From Protoeuglena noctilucae (lineage: Eukaryota): a stretch of DNA of 64,000 nucleotides. The DNA lies in contig OY253673.1 in assembly GCA_958009085.1 (NCBI GenBank), forward strand, positions 806,001 through 870,000, in the 5' to 3' direction. The translations under genes were made by a program, and so were the position numbers. Position 1 is the first letter of the stretch. Each line of letters starts with the position of its first letter. The notes under the pieces were generated by a model. The model worked only from the letters and a program-made list of their open reading frames with translations. It ran no database searches and was not told the origin of the DNA. This document shows positions 25,975 through 41,804 of this stretch, in pieces.

Positions 25975-28900
25975 ATGAGGGAGGACGGCAAGGGGCCCTG
26001 GGCCCGCAGCTTCCGGGCAAGTGCACCGCGCGCGCATGGGGCGGGTTGCGCGAGCCAAACCCGGCGCTTCTGCAGGCCGAACGCCACGGCACGGGATGAG
26101 ATGTGCCCGGTCTGTACAAGCGCAGCACATGCACTCCTCGGATGCTCTCGTTTCAGCGCTTGCTGCTGTCCCGTTGCAGGCATCACTCTCGCGCCGGACG
26201 GACGCGGCGCAGGCGCAGTTCCATGTGGACAACCTGGACGTGTCAGCTATCCGTGCACGCCTCGGCGCCCTCATCTCCCCCAGGTCGGTGCTCGTCGCGC
26301 TGCGTGTGGGTGCAGACACGTGTCCGTGTGTGCCCGTGCCGCCCACCGCGCCTCATGCCTCTTCCTCAGGCGCAGCGCGAAGCAGTTCGCTGCCGTCAAC
26401 GTCGACCAAGCGCCGGAGACACCGGGATGGGGCCCCACGGGCGCTTCGCAGCCTGCCACGGCAAACTCCCCGCGAATGCGGTGGGGGACCGCGCGCCGCG
26501 CGTCGTCGACGCGGGCACTGGACGCGCGGCTCACGGCGTCGTCATCGCGGTCCACGCACGGCCTCGCGGCGTGGCTCGCGCGCCTGCGCGCGGGCGAGGT
26601 CCAGCAGCCTACGGCACATGCGGTGATGGAGACCCCCGGCCCATCGCTCCTGACGTCCGGATCGCCCACCCCACACCTCCGGGACATCGATCCTATCGCC
26701 AGCCACGCGCGCCCATCCCCCACAGTCTCGATCGTCAAGGCGACATCCTCCTCTACCGTCACAGGTGATTGATATGCCAGCAGCAGCGCATGGAATCGAA
26801 CCTGGGTTCCCGACTGAGAGCGATGCCTGCGATCTTATCTGCATGTGCGACCGCAACCCTGGGTGCCTTCGTAACACCTGCAGTGGCCCATGTGTCGGCC
26901 GCCGAACCCCCGCCTACTGATCGGGACCGCCTCCCAGTCATGGCAAGAGAGGGGCAGGGGCAGGCAGGCAACGCGTCTCGCACCCTCTCGGCGGGCGGGG
27001 CAACACCGCTGGCCCCTTCTGCGGGACCCAGGCAGTTCCCCGTCCCGCAGCCGCCCCTCGCCAGCCGCCCCTACTCCCCCACTCGTTACCAGGACCGCGC
27101 CACCACGGCCTCCGGCGACCGCTCCAGGCCGGCGTCTGTGTCGCGGGCCGCCAGCGGCGAGCTGTCGACCGCGCTCGCGGCCCTGCGGGTGGTAGGGAGC
27201 CCGGCGGTCTGCCCGACGTCGCCCCATGCTGTGCATTCGGCACACTCGGGCGCGTCGCTGCGGCGGGGCTTGTCCACGGCGCCGATGGGGACGTGGAGCG
27301 CCCACGGGTCATTACCGGACGGCTCATCGCCGGGGGACTGGCGAGACGGGGGCGCCGCCGCGAACGACGCTCTGCAAGCCCGCACCTCTCGCCGGCGGCT
27401 GTTCAATCAGTCTGGCCGGTCGGCCGACGCCGCGCGGCTGAGCCGGTCCACGAGCGCGCGCGTGTCCAATGGAGCCCAGGGCGGGGCCACCGCGTCCGCG
27501 AGAGGTGGGCGAGTTGGGCCGGCGTCGTTGGGCGGGCCGAGGTTTGCGGGTGATGCGGTCGACGTGGCTGGCAAAGGGACAGGGAAGGAGGCGGCGAGGA
27601 TGGCCGCTTCCTCCGGGGGGTGGCGCGAGGGTGGTGGGGCACTGGGGGCGCCCACGGCAGAGTGGAGCGGCCTGGCGTGCACGGACATCGATGGCGATGT
27701 GGACCTGGCGGCATATCCCTTGGGCGGTGACGACGCCGCCCCGTCGCCCGTCGCCGATGCTGTGCCGGCCAGTCCACCCCCGGGTCTGACTATCAACGAC
27801 ACTGGTGATGACGGTGGTGATGGGGCTGGTGTCGATAGCACGGGTGTGGGGGAGGACTTGTTTCCCGGGGTTATCGAGGAGGCGGCTACTAAAGCGTCCG
27901 CTCCCAAGCGGGCACCCAGGAGAGGCCGGTCGAAGAAGGTCAAGAGGGGCGGCAGCAAGCGCGTGAAAGGTACAGACGCGGGGGGAGCCGGGCAGGCAGA
28001 GGCGTCGCTCTTAGGCCTGGGTGCACCTCCGGTCGGTGCACCTCCGGTGGCAGACGGTCTGCCTGAAACTCTCGCGGACCGTGGGGCCGGGCACATGGCA
28101 AGCGCGGATGGGGCGGCAGCAGTCACACCCAGGCATGAAGCCGAGGGCGGGGCGTTGCTGGCTGGGGATGTGGGAGAGCCGGCTGGGGCGCATTGCGTGG
28201 ACGCCGGGGGCACATCAGGGGGCACTCCACTGAAGGCGGAAAGGGCTCGGCGGAGGGCCCCGCGAGAACGTGCAGAGGCTGGTGGGAAGGACCCCGCGTC
28301 GCCTCGCGTTTTACTGGGTCGTGCGCGTAGCCGGCGAGCGGCGGCGGAGGCGGCGGCCAAAGCGGCGGCTGGCAAGGCGGTGGCGGCCGCGGTGGCGGTG
28401 GGGCCGCCAGGCAGCGATGAGGACCGAATCCGGACGCTGCGTGGCAGCAGCGACAGCATGGGCAGCGTGGTGAACGCTGGGATGCTGGGCGACGGCGACG
28501 TGGCTGTAGAGGAGGGCGGCGACCGGGGAGGCGTGGATGGGGGGCGAGGATGTGAAGGGACGGCTGCAGCGGCCGTCATGGAGGTGGCAGCTGGCAAGGT
28601 GAGGGCGTCTGAGCTATGGATTGGTGTAAAAGGCTTACGTGTAACTTCCCTCGTGCCGCGTTATTGGCTTGCATTCACCACGCCTACTGCGCCGTGTTGG
28701 GTTGGTTATGTTGCATGCCCGTCTGTGGTTGCAGGAGCGGCCCAAGCGAGTGGGATCCAGGCCCCGTGACCATAAACGCGCCTCCGCCAGCGGCGCTTCG
28801 GAAGCCGTTCCGCCGGGGTCCGCCAACCACGCAGCCGCTGCCACGGCCCGCGCGCCCGGCCCTCACAGCGCGCCGCGCAGGGCCGCCAACATGGTGTCCA

Positions 28901-29661
28901 AGGCGCCCGTGGCGGAGGCAGAGCAGGGCCCTGAGCCGGGCGGAGGCCGCAGCGCCAGCGGCGCAGTTGCCCCGGATGCGGACAGTCGAGGTCCCGATGA
29001 GATAACGGAACTCGAGCTCAAGACGGCGCTCGCCGCGTCGCCATTGGCAGCGCGGGTGGCAGCAGCTTATGCCGACGCCGCCGCTGCGTCCTCGGGCCCG
29101 CCCTCCCCGGTGAAGATCCTCGCGTCGCCAGCGCCCGCAGAGAAGCGAGGTGAGACCGTACATGTCGCGCCGCCCGGACATGAGAGGGCGCCTCCACGCT
29201 CGTCTCCCAGCCCTCCTGTCCGCCTTGCCCAGGCATCCACGTCCAGTCCCTGGCAGACCTCACAACATGCCTGGCGAACTGTCTCAACGACCACCCCCGA
29301 CCTCGGCGCAGGTGCTGGGGTGAACGTGGAGGCGATGGTGGCGGCGGCGGCCGCGCGGGTGCAGCGGCGCTCGCGGGAGCAGCGCGCCGGCGCGGCCCTG
29401 GAGCGGCAGCGGCTGGCGGAGGCGAGGTCCAAGGCCCGCGAGTCGGCGAGCCGGTGGAGGGCGGAGAAGGAGCGGCGCCGCGCTGTGACGTACGCCGTCA
29501 ACGCTCTGCTGACTCTGGTGGAAAACCGGGGCGCAGAGAGGTTCCTGGCGACCGTGGAGACATGGCGGCGGATGGGTCTGGTGCCGGGGGAGGTGCCGGA
29601 GTCGGAACAGGGCAGCGACGGGGAGCGGGGCGAGGGCAACGGGCACGCCAACGCCGTGTGA
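25975..29661 (+). CDS. Large disordered protein with C-terminal SVBP/CCDC23-like helix
   Basis: Exons in ORFs 25975-26772, 26769-28769 and 28669-29661. C-terminus contains EKERRRAVTYAVNALLTLVENRGAERFL. Confidence 0.6.
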
Positions 29662-29934
29662 GGGCGGGCATGGGTGCATGGCAAGGGTGGGCCGTTTTTC
29701 TTCGCCGGGACATGCGGCGATATTGGCAGAGGAGCACAGGACGCATCACAGGCAGTTTGGCAGGCACCAGCGCGGTGGGCAATTTCGCAGCCGCAGACAA
29801 CCGCACGCGTACATCTATGCTTTTCTCTACAGTAATCCCATTGAATCACACGGAACGTTCCATAATCTACCTGAGATATGCACCTGCTCCCTCAATAAAC
29901 TTTGCACGCCAAAGGCTGACGAGCGCATAACTAG

Positions 29935-32454
29935 TCACGAACCACTCAAGGCCTGCCTGCCCTTGCTTTGACCGATCCCAAGCGCCTCGATTCTCTCTGA
30001 CAGCCTTTCCAGAGCCTCGTGGAACTTGCCTCCTTCCCAGTAGATCTGCCCGCAGTCCCCGCACCGCCAGAACGTGCTTTGCGACTGCAGCACGCCATCG
30101 GGGACCTCGTGGCCCGCGGGCAGCTCAGCGGAGCTCTGCAGATCGCAACGGGCAGCGGCGACACGTAAGAAGGACAAACCCTCGCCGCCTTGTCCTAGCC
30201 CTCACAATTGAACTTCCCATCCCACACCCGCGCCCGCAGCCTCTCACCAGCTGCCTCGCCTCAAATTCCCCGTTGCACTTCGAGCATCGCGACATGATGT
30301 CGTCGCGGTGCAGCGGCAGCCGGAAACGCCCCGCCACCTCCCGCATCTGCTCCTCTCGCCTCTGCTGCTGCACTAGGTACGCCTGCGCCGTGTATCTGCG
30401 AAGCGACAGCGACAGCCAAGTCCCCGCTTGTGCCAGCACACCGCCTGACCCTGATATCCGAGGAAACATGCCCAGGGCAGCGTCGGACCCGACGCAATCC
30501 CCGCCACTCCTGAGCCGCTCCCGAAGCATCACCTGGCGCGCACAAACGCCCGGTCCTGCGTCAGCACCACGCGGCCTTCCCTCTCCGCCGCCTCCACCAT
30601 CGCCCGGTGAGCCCGCCACCGCTCGCTCGTCCGCACGTCCCGCAGCTCCGGGGGCAGCCCCGCGGCGTCCACCCCGTACAGCCGCATCAGCCGCGCGAGG
30701 CCCTCGAGCATCGAGTCCAGAAGGAATCTGCGAGCACCACGCAGTGATTCGTCAGCCCTTCCAACAATTCATCAAAGCTCTCGTTGCGTTGGTCCAAGCG
30801 GACTGCCCACCCTCGCTCCTAACCCGGTAGGAGTTAGGAGCGACCCGGTAAGAGCGACCCAGTGAAGATGGTTAATCAAACCCCTCTTGTGAGCTCCCAT
30901 TGACGATAAGGCATTCCCTGTGACAAGCCACCCGCCGTGTCACCTGGCCCGCCCCCCAAGGCCCTGCTCCCAGGGCACCACCACGCTGGCCACATCCACC
31001 ACCGCCTCCGCCCGCCGCGTTGATCCACGGCCGTCCCCGCCCCCACCAAACATCGCCCGCGCCAGGCTAAACCCCGGCACCTGCTCCACTTCCACCCGCT
31101 TGCCTCTCCGAGACCCCCGGACACCGTGGGGCCTGCCGGCACTGCCCACCCCAAACGGCCCATCCTCCGCCAGCGTCACACGCCACCCTTGCTTGGCGTG
31201 CTCCACGCGCAGCTCACACCCCCACGCAGCCGCCGTCGCCGCCTCCGCCCCGGGGTCCCCGGCCCGCCCCCGCTCGCAGCGCTCCGCTTCACCGTGCCAT
31301 GCCGCCGACTGCGGCCCGGTAGTGCTCGCCTCCTCCGCAACTCCGCCGAAGTCCTTGCCAGCGCCTTCCCTTACGAGCCCCTCGGCGCCGTCACCGCCCC
31401 CAGGGGTAGTTGCACCCGAAAAGTCTCTCCTCGGTGATACCTGAGCTTCCTTAGAAAGGCGCGCTGGTGCAGGGAACAAGGGGTGCGTCCAGGGGTCGTG
31501 TCTGACGGCCTGGAGGAAGCTATCGAGCAAGGACAGGAGGACGAGGGCATCCTGGGCAGCGTACGACACCTGGGCTGCCGATAGGGGTCGCTGCGAGGGC
31601 AAACACCGTCTGTGCTCCGGCAGGGGATCGCATCAAACCATCACTCATGGTGCAAGCCAGCGGTTAATGTGGCCATGACACAGGCAACTCCCCTTTGCAC
31701 CTCTCACCTGGTCCCACGCGCTGCACTGCAGGGTCTTGTCCATAGGCAAGCCCAGCTGGGCCTCCACAAGGGCCGAGAGGCCACCGCACGCAGGGCTGGC
31801 CACACCTGCGGGGGCAGGGGGCCGTGGGGATGGTGTCCCAAGCACGGTGCGACTGAAGACGTCACACCCTGGGAATGGCGCTGGAATGCACCTGGCACGC
31901 CCAGCGCTAGGAGGAAGGAGGAGAGGGCGCCGAGGTCGATGGCTGGGCCGACCGAGGCGCAGGGGGCGTCGTCGGCTGCGTCCGTGGCAGCGGCGATGGC
32001 GCGAAGGTCGCTTGGCAGTTGGTACCCGAGCTTAAGGACCCTCTCATCGTGGAAGGCGCTGGAGAGGAGGCGGGCCACTTCAGTGGGTGGGAGGGCCATC
32101 ATGTCGAGAACCCAGCACTCGTCACGGCGCGATTGCCTCCGGATGCCTAGCTGCACCACGAGTGCAGGAGGAACACATCGGGGCCCTGAGGATTTCGCGT
32201 TCGGCGACCACTCGCAGTCCACGGAGACGACCACGGCGTCCCGTAGGGCTGCAGAGAGTGAGGGTGGCGCGGCATAGGTCGACAGATGGCCAGTGCCACT
32301 GGCCACGCACACCATCACAAAGCGGGAAGGCTACAACAAACCTACGCATCCTACCTTTACCGAGAGCTCCCAGCTCATTGGGTTCGTCCAGCAACTTGGC
32401 GGAAATGGATGGGTCTGCAGCCCAGCACGTGCTGCTGCCATCCCTCGTGGCCAT
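29935..32454 (-). CDS. EXD3: EXD3/Mut-7 family 3'-5' exonuclease with C-terminal Mut7-C (PIN-like) RNase domain and zinc ribbon
   Basis: DEDDy motifs VSVDCEW, GYQLPSDL, LPMDKTLQCSAW.QRPLS.AQ.YAAQDA. Mut7-C motifs FLLDSML.GLAR.MRLYGVD, GRVVLTQD, SRCSKCN, WRCGDCGQIYWEG. Start codon uncertain. Confidence 0.85.
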
Positions 32455-32668
32455 CGGCGTTGCTGCTATGTCCTCGTGGAGCTCTTCGATTGCGGCTTCA
32501 GTTCAGGAAAGCGGTTGCGCACCAAGTTGAATAGTGTGTTGCAGGTGTTTATGCGTCAAGTGCCGGTCAATGTGCCAGCCCCAGCCCAGCCCATCCGCGC
32601 GGGACCGCGCCTGCCAGCCGCAATCTTCACCTCAAGGATCACGTGCAAGGCGAATTGATTTGCGCGCG

Positions 32669-34761
32669 ATGGCTGCTTGCATTTCCGTGGTTCCCGCGGG
32701 GTTCGCGGCCGCCCCGCGGCCGCTGCGCAGGGACGTGCGCGCAAATGCGACCAAGGAAGCTAGAATCGCCGTTCTGGGAGCCTCGGGCTACACAGGTGTG
32801 CGGCGAAGGCGAAGCGGACCGCGGGGCCACGGTTAGGGCGCGATTGCCGCGCCGAGGGCCGATGGCGGCACAATGCCCACCGCGAGAGCTGGTATATGCG
32901 ACAAAGTGTCCGCTGATGGGGATGGACTGGGCCTTGCTGGACAGGAGGGGCGGCATTTGCCGAGTGCTTCCACTGGGAGTGTGGGCGGATCGCGGCGCGT
33001 GTGACCCTCGATGGGCCGCCGCAGCGATCCAGAAAGCTTGTACAACTCGCTTAAGAACTGCTGTGCGCGTCTTGGGAAATATAACGCGGCAGTCGCGTCG
33101 CGGCCAGCCATCAAAGACGCAATCGTCTCAGTACCCCCCGCAGCGGCGCACGCGAGCGCATTCGCCCGATATTTGTTCAGTGCAAGTACGTTTCTTTGCA
33201 AAGCATTTTCAACTCGTATCACTGACGCCTGCAGGTGCCGAGGTCGTGCGCCTGCTGGCCCTGCACCCTCACATGCGCATCACAGCCATGACGGGCGATT
33301 CCCAGGCGGGGAAAGACTTCTCCGAGGTGTTCCCTCACCTGGTGAGTGCTTCATGATGGTGGGGCGCGCCTTGGGCAGCGACGAGGAGGCGGTGCAGGGC
33401 CGCAAATCTACACGATCGGTCCATCATCGCAGATTGCTGCGCCGGAGGTGCCCAGGCTCATCAAGATCGACGACGTCAAGTGGTCGGAAGTTGACGCCGC
33501 CTTCTGCTGTCTGCCGCACGCCACGACACAGGCAAGGGGCCAGTTTCTCGAATGCGGCCCTCGGTGCGCAGCCCCCGGTTGTTTGACGTTGATGCGGCCT
33601 CGTGCGTCCTTCGCAGACGGTCGTGAAGAGCCTGCCCAGCGACATCAAGGTGGTGGACCTGTCGGCCGACTTCCGCCTGAAGGACGTGGCCGTCTATGCC
33701 AAGTGGTACGGCGGGGAGCACCTGGCCCCGGAGCTGCAGAAGGAGGCGGTGTACGGGCTGACGGAGCACAAGAGGGAGGAGGTCAAGAAGGCGCGGCTGG
33801 TGGCCAACCCGGGTGAGACGAGGGGCCTCGGGCGTGTTCAAGAGTCACAAGTCGCAAGGAGACGATCCCGTCTCACAGCGGCGCCTCGTCGTGCCCTGCA
33901 GGCTGCTACCCGACGTGCACGCAGCTCCCGCTGCTGCCCCTGCTGAAGAACAAGCTGATCAAGCCGACCAACATCACCATCGACGCCAAGTCGGGGACCT
34001 CGGGTGCCGGCCGCTCGGGTGAGTGAGCCTGGATGCTGACAACCTCACCCTCGCCAGGGGCTTCGTTCGGCAACCGCGCGGAATATGCGATTGCCAGCCA
34101 CCGCTACCCCTGCAGCCAAGCAGCCGAACCTCTACTGCGAGGTGACGGAGGGCATGCACGCGTACGGCGTGTCGAGCCACCGCCACATGCCGGAGATTGA
34201 GCAGGGTCTCTCCGAGGTCGTGGGGCAGCCCGTCCTGGTGTCCTTCACCCCCCACCTCATCCCCATGTCCCGCGGCATGCTCTGCACCACGATCGTCGAG
34301 ATGGCCGACGGCGTCACGCGTGAGTGCGCCGGGCCGGGCGTCTTTTGCATGCACTCCGCTCCCGCTCCCGAACATCGCTTCTCCCGCCGCCCCGTCCCGC
34401 GCAGCTGGGGACCTGAGGAAGGCCCTCTCGTCCGCCTACGAGGGGGAGCGGTTCGTGCGGGTGCTGGGCGAGGGCCAGGTGCCGCACACCCGTCACGTGC
34501 GCGGGTCCAACATGTGCCTCATCTCGGTGTTCCCGGACCGCATCCCTGGCCGGGCCATCATCCTTTCCGGTGAGCGCCGCGGCGGCCTGACACCGCCGAC
34601 CCCCTGGCGGGAGCGGTTGTGGCACAATGTCTGTCCCCTGCCTGCTCCCAGTGATCGACAACCTCGTGAAGGGCGCCTCGGGCCAGGCCCTGCAGAACAT
34701 GAACCTGGTCATGGGCTTCGACGAGGCGACGGGCCTGATGCAGCAGCCCATGTTCCCCTAG
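32669..34761 (+). CDS. argC: N-acetyl-gamma-glutamyl-phosphate reductase, plastid
   Basis: Transit peptide followed by [75 protein letters not shown] and [17 protein letters not shown]. Eight exons. Confidence 0.96.
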
Positions 34762-35241
34762 GCGGGCGCGCTTGGTGATGCGACCTTTGTCAACTTCCCT
34801 TTGGTCTGCCGGATCAATCGCCGGATTTAGGCGCCCCAGGGAGGCGTGAAACGCTGGCGCCAGAGCGCATGTAAGAGGGCACATGCTCCGCGACGTCACC
34901 ACCCCTCCCGCCGTGGCCCCGGCCCCCAATTCGCCCTCACCTCCCTCTGACGAATCGTGCTCCACAATTCCGTGAACGCGCACGGTGACTCTCGTCGCTT
35001 GCCCTTGACCCCTCACATGCGGTGAGCGATTGCAGCCGCGTCGTGTCGAAGGAGGGTAGGGGCGAGGATATCGCGGGGTTTCGGCCGAACAGGCCCGCGA
35101 GTCGACGGCCCAGGGGGGCAATGCTGCAGGTGACCCCCAAGCCCGCCGCGCGTATGCCGCCCCGTGTCGCTCCCGCATCTCCGGAGATCTCGTTTCGATC
35201 CGCCGGGACCCTGCGAGGCGCCGCTTTTTGCCGCGCAGAAA

Positions 35242-37050
35242 ATGCTGTCGCACTTAGGGCGGGAGAAGCGGACCCGGGAGGCCTCCAGCGCGTCCCGGGT
35301 GCTCGTGGACGATAATATGGAGGGGACGGTGGAGGCCGGGTCCGTGTCCCTCGAGGGCACGCGCTACGGCAAGCTCAACCAGGACTGGGTCGGATACGGG
35401 ATCGTGGGCGATGGGGAGGGGCGCTCGGGCTGTGTGTGTACGACAGTGTGCGATGGACACGGGTGAGCAGGTCCCCGGGCCGGAGGGGGCCTCGGAAAGC
35501 CCCCCGACCTCCCCGGGCACCTTTAACGGCCCGTGCCGGTCCGGGACTTCCGGCGGGTGCTCCCGCGATGCGCTTCGGACCTCGAACTCTCGCTTGGCCT
35601 GATCTGTCGTTGCGGGGGACTCGCCGCGCTCCGACGCGTCCACCTCGCTGCAAGGGCCCCGCTCCCGATGCGCGGGCTCCGAGCGCCTTCGCCGGGCCGG
35701 CGAGGACGTCGCGGTCGTGGTTGCCGTGACGCTGGCGGGGGTTCTCCGCGGGGCGGAAAGCCCCGCGCCGGCTGCGCGCTCCTCGACGCCGGGGGCATGC
35801 GCGCTGCGGGCCCTGGCCCGCCCAGCCGCCCGCGGGCCCGCGCGCGACGCTCGCGGCGCCCCTCTGGTCGCTCGCAGGGTGTTGGGCGAGCGGGCGGCGG
35901 AAATCGCGGGGCTGCACATCATGGACGGCCTCAAGGACCCCGCCAACGAGTTCCACAAGTGCAAGGACTTGAACGAGGCGAAGGTGAGGCCTTGCCGCGC
36001 GCGACGGACGACGTGGCGGAGCAGCGGGGCCGCCCGAGTCGACGCAGGCGCCCCGCGAGAGCCTCGGGAGCCGTGCGCCCTTGCCGCAGATGGCGGAGCG
36101 GTTGACGGCGATCCATCACGGGGCACACGACAAGATATTGCGCCAGATATACGACGACCCGCCCCAGGAGCTCAAGTTCCCTCCGAGCGGGCCGGGGGCC
36201 ATGAAGCACCGGCTGAAGGTCATGAACGGGACGCAGATGTACCTTCCGGTGCGGTACGGGGAGCCGAAGATCCTGGAGATGGGCACGACGGCCACGACGT
36301 GCCTGGTGCAGGGGGACACGCTGATCGTCGCGAACGTGGGGGACTCGGCGGCGGTGCTGGGCTTCAAGAACCGTAGCAACTACGAGGGGCAGTGGGTGAC
36401 GACGCGGCACTGGGTGATGGATGAGGCGGAGAGGAAGCGGGTGGTGGACCGCTGGGGCAAGGAGACGACGATCGGGTGAGCGGTCGGGGGATGGCGGGGG
36501 CGGGGGCGCAGCGGGCGCCGGCGTGGGTGGGCGTTTACGACGTGTCGGCGTGGCTGCTGTGCGCAGGGAGGACGGATACCTGGGCATCAAGCGCGGCCCG
36601 TGGGCGGGGTTCGAGCTGGCGGTCAGCCGCTCCCTGGGGCACAAGTTGATGGCCAACTACGGGGTGGTCCCTACGCCCACGGTTCGCAAGATGACGCTGC
36701 GGCCGACGGACTGCTGCCTCATCGTGGCGTCGGACGGCATCTGGGACGTGATGGAGCCGACCGAGGCTGTGCGTCACGTGATGAGCAACATCGACAACGG
36801 AATGAGCCCTCGGCAGGCCGCCGAGGAGTTGGTCAGGTAGGCGGCACTGTGGCAGACGGCATTGACACTGAAGCGGGGGGCAGGTCCGCGCGCTCGCCGG
36901 TGGCAGGCTGATGTGTGACACCCCGGCATTGTCGCTGCCCGCAGGGACTGCATCAGCTTGGCTCTGGACCTGGACGGAGATGCAGACAACACCACAGCGG
37001 CCATCGTTTTGCTCAACGGCCACGGGCCGGGGGCCGCCAACGGGAAGTGA
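35242..37050 (+). CDS. Protein phosphatase 2C (PPM family)
   Basis: Motifs NQD, CDGHG, GTTAT, VANVGDS, LAVSRSLGH, IVASDGIWDV and DNTT. Additional 5' exons are possible. Confidence 0.9.
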
Positions 37051-37372
37051 GCCCCGCTAGATCGACGGACCGTTTGCCCTATGACGCCAGGGCCGCTGCC
37101 GGCCGCATTTCTTGAGCTTGCAGTTCCCCCACCCGGGCAATCCCACGTCGCCCATTGGACGCGCACAGATCGGGCAGCTCCAGCAGCTTCGGGTTCGCGT
37201 TTGACAGGCCGAATCCTAAGTATCACCCTTCCTAGCGCGCTCGCTGGCAGAGGCCGGCGTAGCTGACTTCAAAGGAACCGCCACCGCGGAAACACAGACA
37301 TGGGGGCAGGTGCCCCGCTCGGTGCGGCGACACTGACCCCCCTACGTGCGCCAAGAGTCCGGCCGCCCCGCT

Positions 37373-39848
<2,476 letters not shown>

Positions 39849-40529
39849 CTCGTCCTCGCTTCCCTTCGCAGACTGGCCGGGGGCGCACGGCGGCAGGCGC
39901 TTCGTTCCCCGGGTCGCTGCGGTTTACTGGCACAAGAAAGTCAGAAACACGTCATCCTCGCGGCCGTGCCGAAACCGGGGCTCGCTCTCACGCCTTGCAG
40001 TTGTTCGTCTCGCGAGTTCTCCCCGCGTGAAAGGCGTGCGATTACAGCTCCGACTTTCGCCTTGCCGCTCTGACCGCCGCATTCGAGGCGGTGAAGATTC
40101 CACCGGGAGGTTTTTCTGAATAACACGCAACACTCGCGTCGCAGGGGGCGGATGCGCCACTTATGATGACGCGCGAGCGCCGTGAGGTGCGCAGGGGGGG
40201 GTGGAGGGGGTTGCGCCACGCCCTTCCTGGCTATTAAGGTGCCGAACCGCCTCCATGGGAGGGGGACGCGCTCGCGGGCGTCGGAGCGCGAGCCCCGTGG
40301 GTGGCCCGGGTGTCAGTCACCAAGAGCGGCTGCCGAGCGCGCATTCTCCGCTTGTACCGTGGTGCTAGCATCGGATTGCTCAGTAACAGCGCTGCACCGT
40401 CTGCTGGGACCCATAGCGCGCACATACGTGCGCGCCGGCAGGCGCAGTGGTCCTCATCCGTCGCGGAGGCCAGTGCACTATCCGAGTGGTCTGTGCGGGG
40501 CGCGTGCACTGTGCAGCGCATAATCGCTA

Positions 40530-41804
40530 GTGGTTCTGACAGCGCGACTGCTCGCCGCGCCCGCGGCGCGGCAGGCAGCGCGGGCCACCTGGGCCAAGCA
40601 CGGGCTCGATTGGCGTCCCTTGACTCGCGCCCCGCTCGCGCGCTGCACGCAGGCGGTCGCCACTCTGGCGACAGAACGAGACTTTGCTGCTCTGGGCATC
40701 GCGAGGGACTGGTTCGCTGTGCGCCGCGCGGCCCTCTCGGGAGCCGAAGAGGGCTCCCTTGACCGCTACCTCGTCGGACGGTGGGCCAGGCCGCGGGAGG
40801 CGCCGGAGCGCCCCGGCACGAGCAAGGACGGCGGGGACAACGCCAAGGACGAGCTCGCGCAGCTAAACCGACACCTGCGCGGAGCCCAGCGGTGCTCGCT
40901 GCTGGGCCCCGGGTCTGCCTTCGTGGGGTCCCAGGTCTTCTCCAACAACCCCGCCCACGGGCGCGACGAGCGCTGGAAGGTCTCCGTGCGCATCACGGAG
41001 GCGGACGTCGAGCGGGGGCTGCTGCGAGGCGTCATGGACGCAGTCAATCAGCACCCGGGGGGCACCTCGGGGGTCAGGTGCGTCGCCCCCAGGGCTCTAG
41101 AGGCAGTCTCGGGTCCCGCAATCACTCATGACCAACCCCCTGGGCGTCCTCCCGCGTCCCCATCGACACCGTGCTGTCTCCGTCCCCGCAGCACGTTTTG
41201 GGAGGGGGAGGTGCTGGACGGGGACCGCGTGGGGCTGCTGACGGGCCGCCTGGGCGCCACTGCGCAGGTGGACCGGGTGCACTGGGCGCGCTTCCCGCCC
41301 GTGGAACGCATGCTGGCTCGGATCCGGGCGGGAGAGGACCCGGACCCCACCGACCTGTCACGGTACCTCCTCATGCGGTGGAAGGAGACGTTCTTCGTGG
41401 CATCGCCATCGGAGGTGAGAGCTGGGGCAGGCAGAAGTGGGGTGGTATGCAGAGGTGACGGGTGCTGAGGGCAAGTAGCGGTGGGGCGGCACGCAGGGGT
41501 AGGTGGGGAGCCACCCGCCAGGACCAGCAAAGCGGATGTGAGCTCGACCCCGCGGACCTCCCAGCATGGCCACCTCGACCGATGCCCAGCCCAGTCGCCT
41601 GCCGCAACCGCATCGCTGTCGCTCCTCCCCTCGCAGTGTGCGCTGACCATCGCTGGCTTCTACTACATATGCTTCGATCGCGTCACTGGCGCCGTAGACG
41701 GGTACTACTTCGATCCCCGCTCCAACCCCTTCCAGCGCCTGCAGCTGCGGCGGAGTGCCCCGAGCTCCGGCGTCATGTCCCTCGGGGCTTGCGAGAGCCT
41801 CTGA
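40530..41804 (+). CDS. GID4: GID4/Vid24 substrate receptor of the GID/CTLH E3 ligase (5' exon not located)
   Basis: CSLLGPGSAFVGSQ, WKVSVRI, TFWEGEV, D..HWARF, YLLMRWKETFFV and LTIAGFYYICFDR.TGAVDGYYFDP.SNPFQRLQL. Confidence 0.88.

Noticed and set aside
32796..33234. Long (439-nt) first argC intron with hairpins as a possible snoRNA host
   Set aside because: No convincing C/D or H/ACA box pair was found; an Infernal/Rfam search would be needed.
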